Shown one piece after another: positions 12,154 through 25,379 of a stretch of DNA of 64,000 nt. The position numbers were made by a program, and so were the translations under genes. The stretch covers positions 77,316,001 to 77,380,000 of the forward strand of contig NC_045697.1 of the NCBI RefSeq assembly GCF_009834535.1. The letters are read 5' to 3'. The DNA is from Camelus ferus (taxonomy: Eukaryota). Below the pieces are notes generated by a model. The model was not told the origin of the DNA. It saw nothing but the letters and a program-made list of their open reading frames with translations, and did not search any database. The number at the start of each line of letters is the position of its first letter. The first letter of the stretch is position 1.

Positions 12154-13826
12154 CTAAACAAAGTGAGAAAACAAACAGACATTTAGAAGTTACAAATGAG
12201 AAATTGAAATAAATATTTACTCTCATAATTTAGTAGACCATCAGGACCATTAAAAAATATGTATATTCTTTAATGTATTTGTAAACCTTTGAGGATAATT
12301 CATTAACGTATTTAATCACACACTGCTCATATCCCCAGTTTGTATAATTGTCTTTCTAAAAATAGTCAAGGGGCATTATTGAACCCAGGGCCCAAAGTCA
12401 TGCTCATTTAATAACGAGCTGGGTGCTCTGAGGTGAACGAGATAGACTCCTTCTGCTCTGACCACTGAGTTCGGGGGGATATCTATCAAAATCTGGGATC
12501 AGGGTCTTCTCACATAAATAGCTCCTGTCTTCTTACAGCCTCTTATTTTCTTGAAAGTGCTTGTTAGAGTGAAAACAACTTTTTAGTAAAAGAATTTAAA
12601 ATGAAGAAAACACATATGAAGTTATCAGTATCTATGTGTTTTTGTGTGTCTGTGAGGAACTCCATCTCCTAAATGATTTGAAAGTGATTGAAAGAGGACT
12701 TAGGATTTCCTTTCCACTTAAGTTACAGATTTGGGATTTGAACATTTTTGGTCCAAGGAAAGAGAAGGGCCAGGTACTGTTATTGACTAACAGTGCAGGG
12801 AAAAACCTAAGAACACAGCATGAGTTGTCTCAGGTTTAGGGAATGAATCTTTGCCCCATCTCCCCTCATCTTTCTCCCAGCTTGCAGCAATTTCTACCTG
12901 CTCTAGGAGGGCAGGGGCGAAGCCTGATTCATTCACTGCTGCACCAGCACCAGTTTCACGCTAGCACAAAGTACTTGCTTAATAAATAGTTATGTAATTA
13001 AGTAATGCATAAACTCAGTAATTCAATGATACACTAAACACTTTATGCCAAATGACTTGCCTCCTTAATTAATCTGTAAACTACCTGGGGACAGAGACCT
13101 CTGGCTTATCCTGAGAGGACACCCCCACAGACCCCAGCTCTGTAGTGAGCACATAGTTGTTAACTGTAGGACAAAAATTCTTCTCTTCTGGGAAGCAGAG
13201 GGAGAAAAATAAATCCACCAACATATATGGCAAATCAGGAAAGAGTTTTCTTTTTTCTCTTTCAAGTCCTACTTCAAGTTAGTCTTAAGATGACTACCTT
13301 CTTCAGGATAAGAGCGTTCCAAAAATTAGTAATTTATTATTTCCCCTAACTCAGGAGAAGACTTCAAAAACTAGCTCTTGGACAGTGTGAGTAATTTTTA
13401 ATGACTCAGGAGATTACTTCCTCCCCTGAACTCTTGTTTTGTATATTTCTCGAGGCATCTGTCACATTCTGCTGGCTGACAGTGGCATTCATGTCTGATG
13501 GCACTTCTGAACTGTAAGTCCCGTGAGAGCTGGCTTTTGTCATTCTACTTTGTAGCCTCAGCACCTAAGTTTGTTGACTGGGTCCATATTTTTCATCAGT
13601 GAAATACTAACACTTTGGCATTAATATCTTGCACTCACAGTAAGGGCTCAACAAATGTGTAAAACCACATTTGATTAATAAACAAATCAATGCATAAGAA
13701 CATATCTACTAGTTTACAGAAAATACATAGAATAGAAGCACATATTAAATGCCACATAAGGATACACTCAGACAAATTCAAGGCGTGGAAATTCTAAATA
13801 AGAATGACCTAGTTTCATTTAAAATA

Positions 13827-13994
13827 CTTAATTTAAAAACATTTTTTTTGACAGCAGTTTTTTGGGGGAGAGCAGGTAATTAGGTTTATTTATTTGTTAT
13901 TATTATTATTTTTTAATGGAGGTACCGGGGATTGAACCCAGGACCTTGTGCATGCTAAGCACACACTTTACCACTGAGCTATATCCCGCCACCC
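13827..13994 (-). mobile_element. tRNA-derived SINE (camelid vic-1-like)
   Basis: Minus strand has A box TAGCTCAGTGG, B box GGTTCAATCCC and an A-rich tail. TSD TCATTTAAAATA at 13815-13826 and 13995-14006. Confidence 0.88.
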
Positions 13995-15888
13995 TCATTT
14001 AAAATAAATACATTTTAAATAAAAGAAAGAGGTAACAGTTCTAAATTTAAAGAGATTTAAGAAAAACAACCACTAAATGCAATGTTTGAACTTTGTTTGG
14101 ATTCCAGTGGAAATAATCTGGCTGTAAAAATATTTTGTAAATAATGGACGAATATTAAACACAGATGGTTATTAGATGATAACAGAAAATGAATTAGAAA
14201 ATGAATGGAATCATTTTCATTTTGTTGGGTCTGAATGGTATTGAGTTTTTGTTTTTGTTTTATTAAGTCCTTACCTAGTAAAAATGTATAGTGGAGTATT
14301 CATGGGTGAAATTACATGATATCTGGGATTTGATTTAATATGCTCCAGGAAAAATAAGTGTTGGGGGGAATATATTGAAAAGCTCCTGATTGTCCTTTGG
14401 ATCCATTCTCCACCCTTCTGTGCCCTCCGCTGCCCAGAGAGCCTGAGTGGGAGGGACTGCCTCAATAGGAATGTCTTCACTTCTTTCCAACAGGGGACTC
14501 TGGCAGAAGGGAAGGAGGGAAGGCGTGAGGATAGCAGGAGTGGGGCTGGCTCTAACCTTCAACCCAAGATCATTACTTCTCTCAAGGTAGCCTGCTCTGA
14601 GGCTCTTTCTCCTTCTGGTAACTTCTCCTTTGCCTTGTGCCTTCAGATCTCGGAAAGGACTCAGCTCTGGTCCTGCTAGTCCTGGGTCCATGCATAGCCC
14701 TTGTGGTTCCCCAACCTGCCACCCACAACTTTGTTACTAACCCCTTTATAGGTAAACTTTCCTAATTATCCTACTGTGATTGTGATCAATTCAGGGAGAT
14801 AAAACAAGAATAGTAGAATGTTGATAATTGTGAAAACTGCATGATGAAAAGTAGGCTTGTCATACTTTATCTCTGCTTTTGTGTTTACATGTTAATGTGC
14901 ATATGAAAGTTTTTTAAAAACAGAACAAATATAAGGACATAATACTTTCTGGATGAATTAATTACTAATACAATTCAGTATTTCATAAGTCTTGAGTATT
15001 CAAACATACCACAAATGCAAGTTAATTTATATGCATATTTTATACTTTTCAATATGGAATTTATAAAGAATGTTTTGGAATAGGAGTTTATAAGTTCAAG
15101 TTATTTATACAGAGAGTTTGAGATCAAAAGGAAGCTAAATTTCTAGGCTAACTCTTCAAGATGAAGGAAAAAGCACTGGCTAATTTAATTCTAATCTATC
15201 TCTAATTTAGGAGATCTTTTAAGTAAGTCGTCCTTAAGTGTCTACATCTCTTGCTCATATGAATGTTCACTTCCAGTCTTCTTAGAAGCTCAAGGAATGT
15301 ATTCTTTATGTTCCCTTTCTCTTTGTGGGATGTGGGGGTGTAAAAATGGAGAACAGGGAGCAGAGAGGAGAGAGCAGCAGGGTTGTAGGATCGGTGACTC
15401 AGCCTATACTAGGACTATCCCTTTGAAAACCTTTTTAATCCTCCATCAGTACCTTTCCAGTGAACCCAAAAAGTCCATGCTGGATGTCCCCCTGTCACTC
15501 TACTTTTTTCTTGATGAATGGCTAACCCTCAATGTATGTTTTAGTAGCACAGAGTACAGGTATCCTTTGAGACTCTGCATCAGGATCTATTACATAATTG
15601 GCAGAACCCAGGGAAAATTGAAAATGTGAGATTGGGCCCTTGAAAAAATGATTAAAAAGTTAATGATAGTGACAGCAGAGCAGTAAACAAGGCCCTATGG
15701 TGCCCAGAGCTGGGGTGCTGGACACCTACTCAGGTCCTAAGCCCATGAAGCCAGCCCTGGCTGACACTCACTTTCCTGGATTTGACACCATGTTTATCTC
15801 TGAGCACTCAGAAATTAGCTCCAATGCATTTCTAGTCCCATTCCTTTTCAACCTCTGAATTCTGATTAACAAGTTATAAAACATATAC

Positions 15889-16166
15889 CTCTCTCTCGAC
15901 CCCAGCCGGAAATGATGCATTTATCGTTAGGCTGAAATAGATATGGAGACCAGGGGACACAGGCAGGGACTGAATTAAACAGCATACATTCTTTTCGGCT
16001 CGGGTGTTTTTTCATTTCAATCAAAGCTATGTCATTTTGGTAAGTGCTCCCATTGTACTTCTCATGGATAATAACTTCATTTACCGACTGAACGGTTATC
16101 TCAGAGTTGGGCTTTAACCAGTCTGTAAATGATGCCCATATTTGGTAATGATGAGTTTTGCTGGCT
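15889..16166 (-). CDS. CFI: CFI exon 11 equivalent (catalytic Asp)
   Basis: ttacag|...|gtatat, 278 nt, [10 protein letters not shown]...[11 protein letters not shown]...[10 protein letters not shown]. Confidence 0.96.
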
Positions 16167-17059
16167 CTGTAACAGAAGGAAAAAGGAAATAAATACACTG
16201 GGAAAAAAAAAAACTAAAAATTGGACTTTTGATGCTTCAGCTTTATAACTTTCCTTTTTAAGGAGCTTTTTTATTTTCCCAGGTTTTTAAAAATTTTTTT
16301 TCATCCTTGCTGTCATGATGCAGTGCAACTAAATCTTCTTAGGGCAGAATTAAAGAAAGTCAATAGGTAAATGAAAAGAGGAATAGTTCATCTAATTGCT
16401 CAATGTCAGGGACAGAAAGATGTCACTAACAACCCGAGATGCCAGAAGTAGAATGAGTTGGCTGCCTCTGAGTGACAGCAATGGCACTGAAGGTGCTCAA
16501 GCAGAGACCAGATGGCATCAAGCCAGAAATGTGCTTGAGGAACTGGGAGGGCAGAGCACAGACTCTCATTACACTACTAACCCCAGAGGTTCCCAGGGCG
16601 AAGACCACAGCAATCATCATCTTGACCTTTAAGACTGACTTCATCTTAACTTTGCATTGTGTTTATTTGCACACAAGCTTTTCCTCCTGTTTGTGCTACT
16701 TGAAGTCAAAGAGAGGGTCTTATTCATCTATGGGTAGATGCCTGTGCCTAGTAGTGGATCTGGAACACAGTAGCCGCTTGAAAACTTGGTGGAAATGGTG
16801 AATGAGCTAAATATTGTCTGTCCTCATGCCTCACTCCATTTTCATACCAATTTTCACCTTGTGGTTTCCGGCAAATCGAGCATCTACCACCATTTTCTCA
16901 GGGAATCACCTTACAGTTAAGCAGTGATGTCCTAGGAGCTAATGGGGCGTTCAGGATGCTTTTATTTATACTTAGTATTCCAAGAATGCTGTGCTTCATA
17001 TTAATTTGGGTTGTTTTTCAGGATCAGAGGCTCTGAATATTGTTTACAGGTTAAGTCTG

Positions 17060-18400
17060 CTTATCCATTCAATTTACTCAATAGATATTTGGTGCGCACC
17101 CACTGTTACATCAGGCACTGGGCTAGCCACTGGGATGCAGGAATGAACAAGATCAGAAAGAGTTCCTGCCTTTGTGGAGCACAGGGTCTAGAGAAAGAAG
17201 CAGCATTAAATGGATAATCCCACCAAAGAAGATATGTATTCTACTGGGAAAAGTGAGAGGAGCTCATAGCACATGGGCTTCTGAGAATTTATCAGGAAGG
17301 CTTTGACTTCAGGGAATCAGGGAAGGTTCTCTGAGGAAGTGAAGGTTGAGCTGAGATCTGAATCAAGAGTAGCACTAACTAGGGAAACATGGTAGGAAAG
17401 GTGATTTCAGGGATGGGAAACCATACATGAAGGTCTCTTTGCAGCAGGGAACAAGGTACACTTGAGCGGCTGAAAGAAGCCCAGAACAGATGGAGCAGGG
17501 AGCAAGAGGTGACGCTGTGAGGCAAGATGAGATTGGCAAAGGTAAGTAGATCACTTGGGGCCAGATGAGCCGTGTTAAACATTCTGCTGAGTTTTTTTTT
17601 TTTTTTTTTTTTTTTAATCCCAAGAGGAATGCAAAGCCATTGAATTTTAAGTGGTAAGTGGTCAAAACCAGCTCTAGAACTACTACTCTCACTGCACAGT
17701 AGGCAATGGAGAGGTGGGGGCAGGGCTGGGCAGAGTGAACATTGGGGAGCCAACCAGGAGGTGGTGGGTGTTAGTGAAATCCAGAAGAGAGGTGAAAGCA
17801 GGATAACAGTGGGGATGGAAAGAAGCTTTGAGAATTAAATAATTAGAAATTAAAAATGCCATCCGGAGTTGGTGATATCCTGGCTGGGCTGTGGTAAGAC
17901 TGATGGAATGAATGCAGTGATTTTTAGATTTCTACCTTGTGAAACTAGATGAACAGCATTGGTCATTTGCTAAGAAAATGAACACTGGGTCAGGACCATA
18001 TTTGAGGAGAAAGGACGTATCATGAGCTCCATCTTAGATGTTTTGAATTTGATGTACTTCTGATAGAGCCAAGAGGTGCTGATAGTCAGCTGACTGTAGG
18101 ATCAGTGATTGTAGAAGAGGTCTAGGCTGGAGATACCATTGTGTCAGCATACAGCTGCTGTTTTAAAGTACAGATAATTTTAGAGAGAAGAAGTAAGAAG
18201 AGAAGAGGAAGCCAGGATACACACTGAGAAACTCCAGGATTTCACCTGAGCATCAGTGCTCAGTCACAGGAGGAGGAAACTGCAGAGAAAGATGAGGAGG
18301 CATGGTCAGAGAGGTAGGTAGCAAACCAAGAAAATGTTGTCTCACAGCAGCCAAGAGAATAGGGTCATTCAGAAGGAAGAGATGAAATTTGGTGCATTGC
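17060..18400 (-). mobile_element. L2 LINE remnant (further L2 pieces at about 0.15-0.6, 4.0-4.65, 26.5-27.45 and 39.7-40.6 kb)
   Basis: L2 3'-end motif CATTCAATTTACTCAATAGATATTTG...CAGGCACTGGGCTAG followed by purine-rich L2 body. Confidence 0.7.
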
Positions 18401-19034
18401 TCCAATCTATGAGAATCTTTATGGGTGTCATTCAACAGATTTCCTATCCCTCTCAATTTTGGGCCCCCTGCAGATTTTCCAAGCAGGCCTTCATCTAAGT
18501 TACTGTCAAGTATGTTGAACTTGATTTTACTCCAGCTCTGATACTGACTGGTAGGGTAGCTTTAGCCAAGTCATGTAACCTCCAGTCTCAGTCTGCTTAT
18601 TAAGTAAATGAGAGAAATAATATTTACCTTTTAGTACTGTTGAGAATATTAAAATAAAATAACATATGTGAATGTGCTAGGCATAGTATCTGGTCTGTAA
18701 GAGGTGCTCAATAAATGATATTCTGTTCATTCTAAAGGTCAGAACTGAGGCCAGATTCCTAAACTGTGTCCTCCCAGCTGATCTTGCGCCATGCAAACGA
18801 GCCAAGTGAAATAACTTGGCACCTACAGGCTTGATCTGTCCTTGCCAGCTGGAACCCACTGGGTTCTGGGGAACTGGCCTCTGGGATCCCGATCATGAAT
18901 ATCAGAGAGTATTAAGCAGATAATAGAGTGGGACTTGTCAATGGCTATATACATTTTCATTTATCACCTGCCACAACCTCTATTACCCAATTTCTTCATT
19001 TTAGGACCCCAAACCTACTGGAGATGTTTTTTAC

Positions 19035-19138
19035 CTGACACAATGTGCAGCAGTCAGAATCCAACAGCCACCGATATAAATTCCTCCACAGTTGATTTTA
19101 TTTCCTTCCTTAATTGCCACCTGCCATGGGAACTCCCC
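19035..19138 (-). CDS. CFI: CFI exon 10 equivalent (catalytic His)
   Basis: ttcag|...|gtaaaa, 104 nt, [35 protein letters not shown] (translated by hand). Confidence 0.96.
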
Positions 19139-19316
19139 CTGAAAAGACATTTATGTGGTCACTGCCATCCTACTAGACAGCAATACAAACAGGTGGCTGA
19201 AAGATATTTCCATTTCAAGACTCTCAGTCTCTTATAATTACATATCCATCCCCTCCCCCTTTTCAAACTTGGGCTGCTCCTGGGAAGTGACATGGTAACT
19301 TCTCATGCAGGTTTAC

Positions 19317-19420
19317 CAGTTTTGCCGGCTTTCCTCCTATGACTCGTTTCCTTCGAATGGGCATGTTCTTTTTAACTCCACAGGATAATTTAGGGAAAAG
19401 TGACTTTATCCATTTTCTTT
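19317..19420 (-). CDS. CFI: CFI exon 9 equivalent (RRKR heavy/light-chain cleavage linker)
   Basis: ttaaag|...|gtaaac, 104 nt, [35 protein letters not shown]. Confidence 0.96.
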
Positions 19421-21145
19421 CTTTAAGGAAGGAAGAGATTGTATCGTTATGATTTTGAAACCATAAGTGGGCAAACTTCCTGATTATCTGCTGCAAAAAC
19501 AGTAAAGTCACAGTTAGTATGAAGCAGACCAGATTCATTAGTAAGTTATTTTGGATGCTAAACTGTGCTATTCACCTTGTTCAAAAACACGGGCTTAATA
19601 TGAAAATTGGCTTGATTCTCTGAAGTTCTGCCTAAAGGTGGAGTAGCAGCAGAAAGAGGCTGCCTGGGGAGTTAAATGTGTACCAGCCTCTGGCAGGTGA
19701 GAGATGCACATGCTTAGGCATTGCTGCTGTGACAATTCAGGATGGGGGTGACACCTCGGGATGGTGGTCACAGGGAGAACTCCAGCTTCTCACTTTCACG
19801 GCTTTTACTTTCTAGAGGCTGTTTATATGGGGCTCTTTTCAATAATGTTAATATTAACATTGATGAGGTTACTACTGAGTAAGCTCTATGTGTCAGGCTC
19901 CAGGCTAAGTACCTTGTATATAGTTTATCTCATTTAGTGATCATATTAACTCTGAGAGGTGATGTGCCATGAACCCCTGGACAATCCAGGATCAGTCAGC
20001 GGGGAGGGGGGCTGTGTTTTTAGCCACTTGACATGTGATGATGTCTCCTTCCTCTGTGAGCCCTCAGGCGTGGCACATTTGTCACTGGGAAACATGGTAG
20101 AGCAAGACTTAAGACATGAATTTGCACGAGAATTCATGACAAAGGAAGAAAGTAAACATATAAGATGCTCTCCTTATTCTATCATGGCTTGAACATTTTT
20201 GCAAACTTGCTTCTTAGCCTCAAATGAGAAAGAAAAAAATAATATCATTCTCAATTACTATGAACATATAAGAAGGAGGTAGGTCCTCAAGGGAGAGATG
20301 TTGTGAACAAATGTTGATAGAATATTTTTTGGAGGGAGTCCCACCCATCCTAAGAACTGGGTTGGGTGAAGAATGTGATGATAAATTTTAAATTTCTGAT
20401 TGGACTTTTGAAAGAGGAGAGACCTTATCTACTAAGGACTGTGAAACCAGCTTGGGTAGTATCTGAAAATCAATTATTACCTTGAATAGAAAATAAAAGG
20501 CCTTTGTTGGAAATCCCTCTGACTGATATCTGTAACTTTGAGCTCTAAATCTTTCACTCATTGCCTGATTTTTTTTTAAACCATTGATTGATTTTGGGGC
20601 CTGACAATTAGAAGGGAGTCTTACATGAATTTCAGTTTTAAATCCCCCTAAAATAGGGAGATATTTCATTCCCAGTTTGCATTTGAGCTTGTTACTCACC
20701 TAAGGTCACACTGCTAACAAACAACTGAGACAAGCCAGTCTGACTCAAAGCTCTTACTGATCCCTGTCTACCCAGGAACAGGGTACTTTAATTAAATTTG
20801 GCTGTAAGTACCCAACTGGCCTGGATACAGGTCTTCAGAGACCTTCTGTTATCATGGTTTAAAACGTTGCAAAAAAAACAGGTTAATTCAATTATATGTA
20901 TCTATTTCAAAACGTATGTCCTGGATCACATGTGAAATCTGATTGTTTTTTGACAAAACCGACCTGACAAAGTTCATAACAAGTAGAAGAACCATATGTG
21001 GGACTAAAGTATTGTTTTCATTTCAAAATTAGCCATATGTATGAACCCATTTTAAAAGCAGTTCTCAAGAAGCATTCATGTTTATTTTTCTTACAAGTGG
21101 TAAGGAAAGAAGTAATTTTTTAAAATTTAAATTAATATGGAAGGT

Positions 21146-21280
21146 TGAATACATGTACATTCATGTATGACTGAAAAATTGTGCTGTACACCAGAAATTG
21201 ACACAACATTGTAACCTGACTATAACTCAATAATAAAAAAAAGAAAGCCAAGAAAAATAACAATTTACTTAAGAGAAAAA
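21146..21280 (+). mobile_element. 5'-truncated young L1 3' end with TSD
   Basis: TGTGCTGTACACCAGAAATTGACACAACATTGTAA...poly(A). 17-bp TSD AAATT(A/G)ATATGGAAGGT at 21129-21145 and 21281-21297. Confidence 0.8.
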
Positions 21281-21416
21281 AAATTGATATGGAAGGTAAT
21301 TGTTACCTGAATCAATTATATCACCCATATGCATACATGTTCACACATGTGCACATGACATTAAAATGCAAATTTAACCAGTGAAGCACCAGTTAAAAAG
21401 AATAGTGTTAACTTAC

Positions 21417-21452
21417 CTGCATCCATATCAGCAGTCAAAATTTCTGTTTCTT
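21417..21452 (-). CDS. CFI: CFI exon 8 equivalent (36-nt micro-exon)
   Basis: cctag|...|gtaagt, EETEILTADMDA, essentially the human peptide. Confidence 0.95.
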
Positions 21453-21559
21453 CTAGGACAAAACAGTCAAACGTTTAAAGTTATGTTTATAGTAAAAATT
21501 AAATCACTAAAATCATTTAAATTTTGATAATAATTTTCTGTCTCAAAACTTGTCCTACC

Positions 21560-21845
21560 ACCTACAGACATAGAAAACAAACTCATGGTTTCAAAAGAGG
21601 AAAGGAGGGGAGGGATAAATTAGGAGTTTGGGATTAACAGATACAAACTACTATATATAAAATAGATAAACAACAAGGATTTACTGTATAATAGGGAACA
21701 ATATTCAATATCTTGTAAAAACCTATAATGGAAAATAATATATAACTGAATCACTTTGCTGTACACCTGAAACTAACACAGTATTATAAATCAACTATGT
21801 TTTGATTAAAAAAAACAAAAAAAAACTAAAACAAAAAAATAAATA
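21560..21845 (+). mobile_element. L1 3' UTR fragment
   Basis: ACAGACATAGAAAACAAACTCATGGTT...GGGATAAATTAGGAGTTTGGGATTAACAGATACAAACTACTATATATAAAATAG...A-rich tail. Confidence 0.82.
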
Positions 21846-24343
21846 AAGAACTTGCTCTACCTCTGAAAAGGTCAGTACAAAATCCCAAAGCACATCATCT
21901 TATTTCTTTTCCATAGCTAGGTAACCATGAAGGCTCAAGATGAACTAGGGAGAAATTTTTCAGGCACAAACTAGAGGTGTCTGTTGGTAGAAGTGAATGG
22001 TGAGACTCATGGTGCTGCAGCTTTCTGCATTTAGAGCAGGCAAAACGCCCGGGTCAGAGAAGAAAAGCACTTACAACTTCACATAAGGTTGGAAGCTGTC
22101 ATCGACACTGACCAAAAGAGTCCTGAGCTGACATTGAAAAGAATCCTTTCATTTTGTGCATAATAAGGCACCTCTTAACAGGGGTCATGCAAACAAAGAT
22201 ATTTCATTGATTTCAGTATTAGGCAAGGTTAGTTTTAGGCATTTGGGATGCAGAAGTCAAAAGTTAAACAAAAACAAAAAGGTTCCTTTTCTTTTCTTCC
22301 TTAGACTTCTGTTTGAATTTATATGGGACAATTCCATCTTCACTCTGCTGTCCTGGAACATTTCAGTCACGGACAGGATCATAATTACTTTGACCTGGGG
22401 ATCCAAACGTGAATTCCCACATGTTTTTCTGTCTGGAGGAGCATACAGCCCAGAGGGGCAATGTTACTTTGCTGCAGCAATCCTGTGTCTTATCCCTCGA
22501 TTTCCCAAGTTCTTTTTGGGAGAGACATACATATGTCTGTTATGCCACATGTCTAGGTTATTTTCTGGGGTGGAGAGAGGCTCTACTCAGAGCTTTCACA
22601 AAAGCACCCACAGGAACCAAAGAGAAGACTTCATATTAACAAAGGAAGACAGGGAAAGTCCAGTGTAGCTGAGAGGTACCGACTATTAGAAGAGCAGCAC
22701 AAAGCTCCAAAAGCCCAGACCATAAGAAAAACAATCAATGTCTTTGATTAAATAAAGACGAAAGATTTATATTCAACAAAGCTCACTATGGCTAAAGTTA
22801 ATAGATGGGTGACAGAATGGAAGAAGGTATTTGTATGTTTAAAACTGAAAATGGATTGATATCTAGAATGCATCAAGAAGACTGCAGCCTCCATATGAAA
22901 TGAGGCAAAAGCTGTGAACTGGCAAAAAACAGAAGAAAGGAAAGGAAGAGGAAACTCAGAAAGCTAGTATGCATATGAAGAGAAATTCAAAATCACTGTT
23001 TATACCAACAATTCAAATAAATAAACAGTACCATATCACTTGAAAGTAAGAGACTAGCAAAATTAGAAGGCTGGCGAGTACTAAATGTTGGTAGGATTGA
23101 GGAGAGCCCTCAGGTAGTGTTGGTGGAGGTGAGGATGGTACAGCTCAGCAGAAGGACAGACAGGCACTAGCTTGTCAAATTAAGGAGATGCACCCCCCAA
23201 GACCCAACAATTCCTTGCCCAGATGGATATCTCAAAGAAATCCTTCCACACAGCCTTAAGAAGAGGATATTCATTACAGCGTGACTGTGGGGTGAGGGTC
23301 CATTACTGAGAAGGTAGAGAGTAAACTGTGAAAGATGAACACCACAGTGTGTTTTATTATGCTGCAGTGAGAAGCAGCAGATTAGATGGACACAGAGCAA
23401 CATGGGCAGATCTTCAAAACATAATGCTTTTTTAAAAGATCAAAAGGAAATATAAGATCTCCAATACAATACTAAGTGAATTAAAAGTGTACTCTCACAA
23501 GACAATACACACTGAATAAGAATGCATAGAAACAAAAAGACATACACATCAACTCACATTAAAATGGTTGCCTGTGGGAAATGGGAGTAAGGTATAGGGC
23601 TAAAGGAACATGAATAAAGCAAGAGAGGGCCCTTGCCTGGACCAGAGATAATCAGGCATATCATTACCTCAACTCTTTGCACCTGATGTCCCAAGCTAGG
23701 AAGGAAGTAAGGGCAAAAGGGAGGGAAGGGGAAAAGGAATAAAGAAGAGGAAACAAACAAGAGAAAACAAAGAAACAAAAATCCCCAGCAGCCTCGGAAG
23801 GCAAAATGAAGGGCAGGAATACAAAGAAACAGTTGAAATTAGCCACTTGGAACGTGGGTGAGCTTCAACATATAAAAATCTCCCTCAGAATCCTAAGACA
23901 TCCTGAGGGAGACCATGAACTTCTGGTGGTCATTTTATATGAATAACGAAGAAAAGGATGACCCCAAAGAGCTGGAAGGTTTGGGGACATTTGGCTTACA
24001 AAAGTAAATAAGAAGGCAGCTATCATGAAAAGATGTCATCTTTCCTCTGGTGGCAGTTTCTTCAGGAGTCGCCTAGGTTTTGAGGACAAAGTAAAGGGAG
24101 AGAAGGGAGTATGGCAGAGGTGCAGGGAATGTACCTTTCGTGGCTTTTTGGTTAGCCGGCTGTGGGTTGCGAGAGTGAGAATGAAAGTTTACCACACCAG
24201 GCAGAGAGGCCTCTGCGCCTAAATGAATGTGAAAACTGGCCACATCATCCTCAGTTATTAGTTACCTCAGACTATAAGGTGACAGCAGTACCTGTGTTTT
24301 GTTTCAACTCTGCAATATCCCAAGAACTTAACAAAATGTTTAC

Positions 24344-24364
24344 CTTGATCTGCATGTAGAAGGC
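24344..24364 (-). CDS. CFI: CFI exon 7 equivalent (21-nt micro-exon)
   Basis: ttttttcag|GCCTTCTACATGCAGATCAAG|gtaaac encodes GLLHADQ. Same size and phase (1-1) as the human GFASVTQ exon. Confidence 0.85.
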
Positions 24365-25379
24365 CTGAAAAAACAAAACCCAAAACAAAATATTTACCAC
24401 AGCAAAGGATAATTTTTATTTGAGAAAAATACCTATCATAGCAACATATTATACATTTATCATAAAAGCTGTAATGCCTTATTCTTGTTTTCAATTCTAT
24501 AATATAAATTTTATGTTATAAAAATAGATTTACCTTTAATTTCAGGATGTTCAATTCCTAAAAAGAAAATGAAAAACTCACTGTAGCAAAGAGATCATTT
24601 TCACTCAAATAAAATATAAATCAATCAATAATATTTTGGATAGTATAATGACTTAAATTAGTACTTACAAAAAGATAAAAGGGAGCCATAGCATGCCATC
24701 TTACTTTGATTTTTAATACTGATTAACAAATGTTTCATCTTATATTTAAACACACACCAATTTCACCACAGCAAGGAACTCATTTTAACTTGGGTTTTAA
24801 AAAGAGATTCACATTTTAGATATATTTGAACATATACCCAACGGCAAATTTACTATTACTATACCATAACACAAAATTTATTTACTCTTTTAACTTATAA
24901 TAATAAAAAGTGAGCTAATAAGGGATAAATGAAATTAAGATATACTCCAAACTTCCCTTGGTTTAGTGATTCTGATCTGTCCACCGAAAAGGAGAGATCA
25001 ATGAATATATTAATATATTTATTTTACATCTCTGCTCTCACTTGCTGTTTCTTAGAGAGGGGAATATTAGAATCATTACTAAAATACAAGGCAGAGCTCA
25101 ATCTAAAGATAGATAAAGTGAAGTAACAATGACAGTTGACTAAACGCATTTTTGATATGCATTCGAGAAATTAATAATAAAAGTAATCTTTATGTTACAG
25201 TTACTCCCTTGCAGTAGGATTTTTTTTTCTGATAAACTAACAACTTCTTTGATCTTAAACTTCAGAGTTTTAAATCACGAGGAGGAGAAGGAGGGAGAGA
25301 GGAAGGAAGAGGAGGAGAAAGAAGAGAAGAAACCCCAAGTATTATTATACTGAAGAAGTGACATCAAACTGTAGAGCTT

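Noticed and set aside
19317..19360. Light chain starting VIGG instead of IVGG as a sign of inactivation
   Set aside because: A conservative variant that I recall also occurs in mouse CFI. RRKR and the His/Asp/Ser triad motifs are intact.
22156..22668. 170-aa plus-strand ORF inside a CFI intron
   Set aside because: Non-ATG start, no recognisable domain and no supporting gene structure.
23607..23636. Further candidate CFI micro-exon near 23.67-23.70 kb (cctag...GAG|gtaatg)
   Set aside because: The 28-nt version breaks the frame and the 15-nt version contains an in-frame TGA. The coordinates given only mark the neighbourhood.
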